Below are positions 11,717 to 22,568 of a stretch of 64,000 nt of DNA, in pieces. The notes under the pieces were generated by a model. It searched no databases. It was not told the origin of the DNA and was given only the letters and a program-made list of their open reading frames with translations. Where the stretch lies: assembly GCA_001600815.1 (NCBI GenBank), contig BCKZ01000022.1:1-64000 (forward strand), given 5' to 3'. Numbering within the stretch: the stretch's first letter is position 1; every line of letters starts with the position of its first letter. The stretch comes from Alloascoidea hylecoeti (lineage: Eukaryota). Position numbers and translations under genes: made by a program.

Positions 11717-12379
11717 GATCAGTTAATGTTAATCTCACAAAGACAAATAAACCAGGAATTATCGATAGTCTGCAGATAAAAAGGATAACTGTATGATTTT
11801 GATTATATATAATGGTTGAAAAAGAAAAAAAAAAGTGTTATTCTTTGTTAATTATTATATGACCTGTCCACATAAACAAACTTTGGAAATTGGGTACATT
11901 TACCGGTATCGTATTTACGATCGTAAAAATTCGGCATAAATATGCAGGATGTAAGGTTTATAAGGCCATATTTACGTGGTTCAATAAATATTCTTGGTCT
12001 TATCAATATGAAATTATGTGATTAATCAGGCTCTAAAGGAATCTTTTAGATATGTATATTGAATCCTTATTCTAGATTAACCGGATATTCTTCAATGAGT
12101 CTTCATCAAATCTGATCAAAAATAGTGGGTCAATTAATCCATCTCTCTCTTAAACCTCTTCCTATTCACCTACTACTAACAGTTTATATAAAAAGAATGA
12201 ATTAAACTTACATGGTGGGCAACGTTACGGTGCACTGGTGCAGACGCCCTCCTAATTAAGAATATGCGAGAGTATCTCCATAAAACCTTAATAATCTTCC
12301 ACTGATCCAGACGACACCTATGCTGAAACCGGTTTTTCAATGAACCCATTGGCACCGTAGACTATACGCGTATACCAAA

Positions 12380-13350
12380 CTAATTGGTGAAAACCCAAAG
12401 TTATCTTCACGTAAAGGCCGGGTACAATTATTACAAAATAATCCGTCACTCACTCAAGATTTGGGTGTTTCGCAGAGATTCCAGATGGCCTCCAAGACAA
12501 TTCAAAGAAATTTATATAAAATGAACTTTACTTGGAAAACATGGCAAAAAAAGTAAAGGCAAATCATATAAGTATAGAAAAAAAGCGGGAAATGGACAAC
12601 TGACGTTTCAGATTACAATGAAGCACTTTTGACGGGTATCGGACCCCTACAATATCCCGTAACACGATCGTAAAATACTTCGCCGTTCTTTTATCTTCCA
12701 AAATAATACCTGAGATAAAGATCTTCTAAATCAAAGAATTTAATAAAACAAAACAAAAATTTTCGGCTTTTCATGAAGATGAGATGTTTGTGAACACTTG
12801 GGAATTGGCCAAACGTGGCTATACTGTTTTTAGATAACCAATATTTATGGTTGTCGAAGAGTATATACCGACGCATTCTAAATCAACTCTGAACAGATGT
12901 CAATATCTCATCCTTATAGAATCTTGGTGATGGATAAATTTAACATGCAAAGTTGGTTCGCATGACCGACATGGGTTATGCGACGAGTATAAAGACAGAA
13001 AATGCAACATTTTAAAATCTGGAAGGGAATTTCTGTATTACTGGGAATATCTGGAAGTCGAGGGGTTTTTGGTTCCATTGGAATTGCTATCTATTTCTCA
13101 GTTTATTTCTCAGTTTATTGTTCCTCGACTGAACTTCGGCCTTGTATTGAATATGTCAATGTCATGGATGACTCGACTCCACTCCCCCCATGATTATTGT
13201 TAAATCATAAAATGTCCAGAATGCATGCTCTAAAGAATTCAGAGATGAAAAGGGGGAAAAATGGTTCATTCCTTGCTCCCAATTGGTTATATTAGTATCT
13301 GTTTCTCCTTAACAAGCTGCAGGACATGGAAAACATTCTGGTTGAAAATA
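12380..13350 (+). mobile_element. Highly decayed IS630/Tc1-mariner-like transposase relic
   Basis: Hand translation gives HTH-like LLQNNPSLTQDL...ASKTIQRNLYKMNFTWK (12380-12555), FHEDEMFVN (about 12770, first-D-like) and VNVMDDSTP (about 13155, second-D-like). Many stops; no terminal inverted repeats found. Confidence 0.4.
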
Positions 13351-15525
13351 TGAAATTTCTAGAAGGTGAATTATCCCTTGATAAAGTCATCCACGAAAAC
13401 CTTGCTGTTAATTAGGGTCTGCGAGATGTTAAGGGGAAAAGATGAGGCTACTAAGACCCAGCTTGTAGGATGTGCGTATGTATAAGAGGAACTTTATTTA
13501 CTTAGCAGATCACAATTTGATCAGTGATCTACCTGCAAACATGATAAAGCCTTAGGCAGAACGCTTAATTATTGTTCCGACAAAATATTGTTTCAATCTC
13601 CCCGTGCATTATAGAAAAGTGAAGGAAATGATCGAAAAAATAAAATAATTTTCGAGGTGAAAAAAGCCCATTAGTACGACTACAAGACAATTTATTATAG
13701 TAAAACACCTGGAGAAGGTATAACCGGATTCTCCACTTGATGATACATACAAATACATAGTTTTATATTTTTCTGGGATACGTTAATTTATTGTATATAT
13801 AGTGATGATTACGACGGGGATAACATGACTACAGAAGATTACACTCACAGGAATAAGGAATCAGAGTGTTCGATTAATCCTAAAGTTCCACGCGTCAGGT
13901 TTGAAGAGTTCAATATAAATCCAGGATAATATAATGATCAAGAGAAGCAACAACATCAAGAAAAAAATCAAGAATCCGAAGAAGAAATGGTATCTGAAGG
14001 GGAAATGGTATCTGAAAATTTGGACGATGATTACTCAAGAAAGTCTAATACTAGTCGGTAATGGCTCGTATAGGATTCGAGACATCCTTCATTGAAGAGA
14101 TTTATGGAAGTAATCTAGGAAGCCTCATATGCACAATACTGTAAGGGTCTGCCCATTGTAAGTAAGCTGTAGCTGAATCAAACGAGTCCATATTAGTTAC
14201 TAAATCAACCATCAACATCACCGAAAAAGTATGAATACACTAGATATTTTGTATATATAAACTACTTCTCTTGATAATTTTGCTTTCAATTCAAAGTTGG
14301 AGAGTTTCTTCAATTTTACCCTGGTACCGGTATTCATCTCTACATTTCAAGAAGATTACCTCTTACCTGGACATCACCAACTACTGGATTTTCTCTACGT
14401 AACTTTTCTTTTTCTACCTATATAATTAACTGTTTCGTTTCATTTTTCCAGAACTCTGGGTGTTTAATGATGGAAATTGAACTGATTATCGCTCGCTATT
14501 AGACATCTACATATGCATGGGCCTCGACATATTGATAGTTTTTAGCCATTTGCGTCGCCATAACAGCTAGGTTTTGATAAATTTCTCTTAATTCATCTTT
14601 ATTGTAAAATCCTTTTCTAAATGTTTCATCAAGTTAAGCAAGCTGTCTTTTGGTGGTGGTGTATCCATAGAAACAAACTTCACCACTATACTCGGTTTCA
14701 AGTTTCAACTTTCAAGGGCTATATCCTAGCCATCCTTGACCCTGATATTAAATTAGAAAACGTTAAAATCCCTTGCTCCTGCATATGAGATCATTGTTGT
14801 GTATTATGTTTCCGCCAGTGGACTTAATTCTAGTGTAGAGATTTAATTTTGTTGATATATGAACTAAATTATATTATAATTAATGGAGATGTTTCCAAAT
14901 AATTAAGGAAGCATTCATTTTATATGTCTATTTACCTTTCTTCATTGAGTGTGTAAATGAAACTCTCTATGGCAGGAGAAATTGAAAACTTATGAGATAT
15001 CTGATGATGATCCTTGCAGTTGGTCTCCAAGGATGCGTGTGACTTTATTAGGTAGCGCTCATATTTCCACCACAATGCTCGAAGGTGATCCCTTAAAAAA
15101 ATTAAAGTGGAATTCAAAATTCTAAGAGGGGGACGGAACTACTTACACATAATTATCCGGAGATAACAAAAGGGATATGTGTTAGAAGGTTGGACTTAAC
15201 ACTTATAATAAATCCATAGAAGTCTAGTACTAGAAGAACGCTCAGACTACAACAATATTTACAAAATTAAATATCAAACATATATTATCAGAATTATGGG
15301 ATTAAGAAGATCTCATAATTAAAATTGATTCATATCTTATAAAATATTTAGCAAATTAGACCAATATATTAATTATATACAAGTTTTAACAATAACTAAT
15401 TGTAATTTATATAAAAGACAATTTCAAAATCCTTCAATTACTTCCACATGGTATCTGTTATTTTTTATTTCTTTCATTTCTATTTCCATTTCTACTTCTA
15501 TTTTTTATATATATCTTATAAACTA

Positions 15526-17525
15526 TTAAAGAGAAACACTTTGATTATTCACTTTAACAAGGCAATATGCAACAAAACTAACCTCACTGCCAGTTATACC
15601 ATCCAATTTCTTTGGCAAGAAAAAAGTCCTACCTATACCTTTTGATTCACCAGATATAAATGCAGTACAATAGATTGGAGTATATTTATTATTACCAAAG
15701 AGATTAACTTCACCAACTTCTTCATTAAATTTAACACCTTGGTCAATAATATAAGAACATTCTTCAATTGGAACAAGTTTTGATTCATCAAATTGATTTT
15801 TATTATTCATATTTGGTGGAATTTTATAAGTACCAGGTATATCTAAAAATGATAAATATTTTTGTAATAAAGTTTGATTATCATTATCAATAATTATATC
15901 TTCTTGAGCTAATTCTTCTGAAAATTCACCAGGTAATAATCCATCAAATCCACTTTTAATAAATTTCAATCTCATATTATCAGGTATAAAATATGAAGAA
16001 GAATATCTATACCATTCTCTACCAAGACAAATATTACCACCTTCAATATTCCATGTTTGACCATTATTATCATATTTTAAACCACCATCATTTTCTTTTG
16101 ATAAATTTTCATTAATAAATTGATAAATTTCCATTGCACCACCATAATAATAACATAAAGCAATTATTCTTGATAATGATAATAATTGAATTATTGCAAC
16201 AATTAAATAAATTGCCAAATTTTTAATAAATTTTGGTAAAAATTTAGATAATAATGATTCAATGAAAACAATCGTTAATGAAGCATTAAGACATAAACTT
16301 GGATAAATAACATAAAAAAATCGTTCTTCTTTATGAGGTTGTGGTATAAATATTAAACTCCATAAAAATAATGGTGATAAAATTAAAAATAATTGTGATG
16401 AATTAAATTTTGTAAATTTTAAGAATGATGATAAATTAATAATTGGTAATAAAATTGAAAAATAACTTAATATTGAAATTAAATTAAAATTTATAATTAA
16501 ATTTTGAAAATAATAATACCATGGTTCAATGCCAAAGATTTCTGGTCCAGTTATTGTTGAATCTTTTGGAAAAACATTATATAAGATAATATTTAATGGT
16601 ACAATAACAAATTTTTTATACATTGTTGAATCAATTGTTATTTGAATACCAAGTAATAAACCAATTATTGCTCCACTTCCTAAAATAATATAGGCTAATT
16701 GTTTTGGATATGGGAATTTGGTATAAACTGTATAAAGTAAAAACGGTAAGGCTATTGCTAAAGCAAATGGCCAACCAATTAAACCACCAATTGCAAAACT
16801 TACAATACCATAAATTGCATAATTATTAGGATTTGTGTTGTCTTCAATTTCAATTTCAAGTTCATTTTCTTGTTCATTGTCATTTTCATTCTCATTTGCT
16901 TGTCCATTGGTTCTTGCACTTTCATTTGCAATTGTATTTTTATTTTCATTATCCCTTTCTTCTTTATCAACATGATAAGAAATATATCTTATAAAATAAC
17001 TTAAACCAAGCATTCCCATATACATTGCAAAAGAACTTGGTAAATAACTAACTGAAGCATGAAACATACCAGGACTAACAATCATAAAAATTAAAAACCA
17101 ATTCCCAATTGATTTTGAGATTGTATCACAAATAGTTTCATATAATGTAAATTCAGAAAACGATGATAATAAAGCAAACCATAATCGTAAACCATAGAAA
17201 AAAATCAATTTATTATTATCCATAATTAAATCTTTTATAATTGTTATAATATAAGAATGAATAAAAATATAAAACCATGATCTAATTGCATAATCAGGTG
17301 AATATTCCCATGTTTGTAATCCAAACCCATTTGTTATAAAATGAGTTGGTTCCCAATAATTAAAAACTAGGATAAAAAAGAGTATCATAATTAGTTTTGC
17401 ACAAATAGCAATGCCTAGAGATTAGTTTGATGATATTTACCTTCATCGCAGTCATTGATGATACAGAATATAGCACATACTGTTCTAACACCGAGAATAA
17501 TTAGAAAAGGTGTTAAATTCCCCAT
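15526..17525 (-). CDS. ALG9: Dol-P-Man alpha-1,2-mannosyltransferase Alg9; exons 17525-17441 and 17366-15526
   Basis: Splicing the GTAAAT...CTAG intron (17440-17367) gives INDCDEVFNYWEP. Also GLQTWEYSPDYAIRSW, QPHKEERF and GREWYRY. Confidence 0.96.
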
Positions 17526-18109
17526 ATTTGTGCTTTTATATGTCAAAACTTAAGTAAGAAGAGAATTAAAGAGGTGTATTCGGAAGTAAATGGAACCACG
17601 TGCACAATAACCACCATCAAATAACCTGATACGGATTATCTTCTAAATTTATACAAAAAGATGTAGATATTTTGCTATAACTTCAAGCATGGAGTTATTC
17701 TGCTAATTTATTACCTACAAGTTATAAATGGTATATTAATTGCAATTGCAAGCTATCTATAATCATAAGAATCATTATAATTATACTACTAGGTTCACTA
17801 CCCATTCTAAAGACGACTCAATCACTGGAGTTGAAACTTATCATAAAACTTATTTACAAGTCTTGTGTATTAATTGAACCTCTTAATAAATTTAAAAGAT
17901 AAATATATTTAAATATATAAATTCTTCGATTAATAATGCATTATATTTGATTTTTTATGAATAATATTCCTCATATCATATTTCTCATCCCTTTAATAAT
18001 CTATAATCATAGATAAGGATTCCAATCACAATTCCATTCTTTGTTTTTTTTGTGCCATCATATATGATTTGATATACCAACTCTTTGATTCATTGATTCA
18101 TTAATATAT

Positions 18110-18558
18110 TTATTTAGGTGGATTAACAATAGATAAAGCAGGTTGTCTAAATCTACCATCATTATAAACACTTTTACCAGCTTCCCAACCAGGAACATCT
18201 TTCATGATTTCCCTTTCTCTTTCTAAATCTGCAAAATATCGTCGAACACTATCTCTATCTGCTTCTGCTTGTAAAAGTGGGAAAAGATAAAATCTTGACC
18301 ATATTTTTTCTCTTTTTAATTCACTATATTTAAGAAATATGGTTAGTTATCAAACTATCATTTAATATGTGTAAGATGTACATAAAAAATAAGAACTTAC
18401 CGTCTTTCTCTAATAGATTTCATCATTATATACCATCCATAACCACAAAATCCAGCTAGACCAAGTAAGAAAATACTAGGTCTAAAACCTCTAGATGGCA
18501 AATTTCTCTTCCATTGAATAGGTTCATAACCTTGTAGAGGTGGTAAATCTTGAGGCAT
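18110..18558 (-). CDS. NDUFA13: Complex I accessory subunit NDUFA13/GRIM-19 (NB6M); exons 18558-18401 and 18323-18110
   Basis: Not in the ORF track. Spliced translation MPQDLPPLQGYEPIQWKRNLPSRGFRP...PLLQAEADRD...MKDVPGWEAGKSVYNDGRFRQP. Intron GTAAGT...ACTAAC...TAG. Confidence 0.93.
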
Positions 18559-18864
18559 TGTTTTGATAAATACTGTTTGAAACTAAAGAAGTTCAATATG
18601 GAGGTTGGAAAAGTACAAATGTTCAGCCAATCAAAGCAGACATTTTTACAACCACTTTTCAATGGTCACGTGTGGTGTGTGTCAGTGATAAGTAATGAAA
18701 GTACACGTGATAAGAAACAATATATAATTAACTATATATTTATCAATTTCAACTCAATTCATACTTATAATAATCCACGAAATATGTATATCATCCTAAT
18801 TATAAATTATATTAATTATATATCATAATAGTAGTATTTAGAAAAGTATTCACATTTAAACAGT

Positions 18865-19568
18865 TTAAGCGGAAATTCCAACGACACCGCAAGCAAGTCT
18901 TAAACCAGCATTACCAGTCTGTAAAGAAAGTTCATGACCACCTTTTCCCAAATCATCAGGAGCACCATGGACAACAACAGTTCTTCCTAAAATAGAATTT
19001 TCACCTAATAAAGAAATCAATCTATCGGTTTTAGAACCTTTGGCAACACCGGAAGCATCAGTTGTAACATTACCTAAATCACCAACATGACGGACTTCAT
19101 CTTCTGGAGCACCGTGGGTTTGTTTGAAAGGGTTAAAATGAGGACCAGCAGAGGTACATCCATTGGTATTGTCACCAAATTCATGAATATGGAATCCACG
19201 TGAAGCATTGGCTTCATTGCCTTCAATGTTCCATGCAACTGTGGTTGGTGCAGAGGCTGATTCTTGTTCGAATGTAACGGTACCTTTAACAGTAGAATCT
19301 CCACGGAGGACGGCGACTAAAGAGGCAAAGGAAAAAAATTAGTTATTTGAACTCGCTCAAAACTCCAAAAAAGAGATATGTAAAGGGGCAATTGATTGTA
19401 AATTGAATGAATCTTGAATCACGGAAAATTGATGATTTGTAATTATAGATCTCAAATGCCGATCTGACCACCACCACTAAAGCCGTTATTTGGCTTGTTC
19501 CTTTTACAATCGCCCCATACAGATAAAAAAGAGTTAAGTTCATATTGTTACTTACCAGCTTTGACCAT
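18865..19568 (-). CDS. SOD1: Cu/Zn superoxide dismutase; exons 19568-19556 and 19316-18865
   Basis: Not in the ORF track. [12 protein letters not shown]...[23 protein letters not shown]...RHVGDLGN...[14 protein letters not shown]. Intron GTAAGT...TAG. Confidence 0.98.
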
Positions 19569-19888
19569 TTTGTAATTGATTGAAGTGTAATTGAAAGTTA
19601 AAAATGAGAATAAATTCTTAAAGAAAGAGAAAAAAGAAATAAAAGATGTGACCTGTGGAGGCCATTAAATAGTTCTAGATGTGGATTGCTCGGTGATCGT
19701 TACTAATAGTGATCACATTTACGCTGATGAAGAGCTCTTGTGCGAATAATTGAGAATATGCAATGTGCGGGTAATAAAAATATGTAATGCAAACAGAAAT
19801 AATAGACAAGATATATGATTTGAAAACAACATCAGATAAGCAAGATTTGAAAACGAGTGGAGTCATAATATTGGTTGTTAATATAGAT

Positions 19889-20089
19889 TTATTGAGTTTG
19901 AGTCTGTCGATCAGTCTTTGGTCCATTTTGTTGATCTTTATCTTTGGTGGCAACTTGATCTCCTTCTGAATCTTCCTCATTATCACTAGGCCCTATGAAT
20001 AAAGCTAAAGCCGATGTAACTATGATACCAGTAAAAGTATACATCAACAGCTTTGCCGGAGCTCTCATTATTTGGTCAAGTTTAGTCAT
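19889..20089 (-). CDS. Small (66 aa) single-transmembrane hypothetical protein
   Basis: MTKLDQIMRAPAKLLMYTFTGIIVTSALALFIG followed by an acidic tail. The ATG at 20089 follows a pyrimidine-rich leader. No family recognised. Confidence 0.5.
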   Translation of the reverse strand: MTKLDQIMRAPAKLLMYTFTGIIVTSALALFIGPSDNEEDSEGDQVATKDKDQQNGPKTDRQTQTQ

Positions 20090-20327
20090 AGCTAACAGGA
20101 CAAAGAAGAAGGAAAAGAAGAAAAGAGTTAAAAGTTTCGGGATGTTGAAAGTATTTAAAGCAAAGTAAAGTAATATTTGCTCATAACTCCATCTGTCCTC
20201 TTTTGGAATAATCTGCTCGCAGTAATACACCCACACACCCCTGTCATTGGACATCACGTGTGGGACGATCTCTTAGCGATTTTTATCTTGATAATCTAAG
20301 AATTTAAAAATAATTAAACACCCAAAT

Positions 20328-21410
20328 ATGAAATTTCCGCTTGTGTTTATAACTTTTATCACAACAGCGCTCTTTTGGGGTTCAACTATTGCCAATACTG
20401 ATGTTGTTGATATTATCGAGGTAAATCAAAGGATTTTACCTGATTTCTTGAATAATAGTGAAAAATACACTATATTGAATTTTTATTCAGATCAATGTCA
20501 ATATTGTGCAAAATTAGAACCAGTGTATCACCAATTATTGGAACTTTTCGGAAATTCAAAAGAAATACAAATAGCTCGAATTAATATGTTAAAGAATAAA
20601 AAAGTTCAACGACAACATGAAATAAAATCATTTCCTACAATTAAAGTATGTTCATATATTTAAATTTTACTTTTAATTTTTATTTGATTTTCTAATGATT
20701 TAAAATAGTTATTTAACAAAAATGGTAAATTAATTTCAACATTTAATAATTTCCGAACACTTGATAATATTCAAAAATTCATTACAGATAATACAAATAT
20801 TAAACCATTAACACTTAAATCAAAAATTCCAATAATAAATGATTCAAATTCAAAGAAAATATTTGAAAAAGATACAGTTCTTATATTTTTAGGACCATGG
20901 ATGAATGATTTTACATCACAAGCAATGACTGTATTTGATGATTTAGCACAACATTTTTATTCCAACAAAGAAAATAATGGATATAAGAAAAATATTCCAT
21001 TTTTTGCAAAAGTTAATGGAAGATCAGAAGAATCAACTGGATTAACTTCAAAATATAGAGTTGATCATTTACCTTATATTGTGTATATTAGAAAAGATAA
21101 TCCTGATAGACCTATTGCTTATCATACAAATACTCGTTTTGAAGGTGGATATGGAGATGGTGGACAAATTGCAATGGGTAGATTAGCTATTATTCAAAAT
21201 GCCCATATTGAACTTGGTTTAGATAATTTAATTGAATTTGTTGAAACTGCAAGACGTCATCCAGAAGAATTAAAAGATCAAATTATTGATTTAACACAAA
21301 AGTTTGATATGATATATGATATGGATGATGATGATGAGGCTTATGGTAATGAAGATGATTATTTTGGAGATGAAGATGATACTTATTTAGATTATTATGG
21401 AAATTTATAA
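20328..21410 (+). CDS. Secretory-pathway PDI-like thioredoxin-domain protein; exons 20328-20645 and 20709-21410
   Basis: Signal peptide, FYSDQCQYCAKLEP (CxxC) and IKSFPTIK. The GTATGT...CTAAT...TAG intron joins the two track ORFs in frame. Confidence 0.85.
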
Positions 21411-22062
21411 ACAAATTATAAAATGTATTTAGCAATAGATTTAATAGAAAAAAGTTAACAAATATTATACTGTTTTAAAGTAACTGTAGCTATAGGAGAA
21501 GCGTATATATATAAAAAGGATTAATATACATGTTAATATTTTAAAAACTTGGACATAATCACTACTCAGACCTTATATACCTTATACTTACTCCAAACCC
21601 TGTAGACATCATAATTTAAAAGAATCATCAGTTAATTAATATATTATGTGTATGACTTGGATTTAACGAATACAAATATTTTTCTCCATAACACTAAAAA
21701 AATCATGTCTTGGAATGAAAAATAATATAATTCAGTTAATCAACTTAACTTCAAGCCATCTTATATACGGTATATTATTATCATTACCTGGTTGCTATTA
21801 TCTAGGTGATGGCTTTAGAACCGAATCTATCTTGTATTTACTGCTATTGAGTGGTTAGGCACCAAGATAGTTGGAACAAAGCTTGGCTTTCTTCACTAGA
21901 AGGGAGACAAGCGAGCTTTTATATTCGCCTGAATACTATATAACTTATAATTACGAGCATTACATAATCATCTATGAAACATGGTCAGGATCTGTTGGTA
22001 CCAGATCAGACCAAACATGTAATAGTTGTTGTATCCTATGCTATAATTAGTAGATTCTAAAG

Positions 22063-22079
22063 CAGGTTATGAGCCCTGC
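22063..22079 (+). mobile_element. Ty5-type primer-binding site preceded by CA; remnant of an LTR retrotransposon 5' end
   Basis: CA|GGTTATGAGCCCTGC is complementary to the initiator tRNA-Met anticodon arm; the same motif occurs at 34055-34068. The LTR start cannot be defined. Confidence 0.65.
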
Positions 22080-22568
22080 ACCATCTTCGAAAGAAGCTGG
22101 GAATACTTTAACACCACGTCACAAGCTGTTTACAAACTGATATTTACGTCTTCTATTCCCCAATTACTGAAAGAAACTGAAACATTGTCTAGCGATAGTA
22201 GCAGTCTTACCCTAGTGATTAAGTAATTTTATCCATATATTACCCTAACAGATATTTGTCACGTGGTGAAATGTATTAGTAAGACAACTGAATGAAAAAA
22301 TATGATTATTATCGGTTATATTAAAGGTTATATGATTATGATTTTATATTAATTGTAATTGAAAAGATGCTTCTTTTATTTACAAGCGTAGCCTTCTGCT
22401 CTTTTACTCTATTTTATGTATTAATTCTTAAGCTTGCAATTGTGTTTTATTTTTGAAAGGTGTAAGGTGTATCATTATCTTTGTCAAGAAGATCTTGTAG
22501 AATTATAATCATAGGATATCCAATTTCAACTCCATTTTTTTCTCCTTAACTTTTTACACATATAATTA

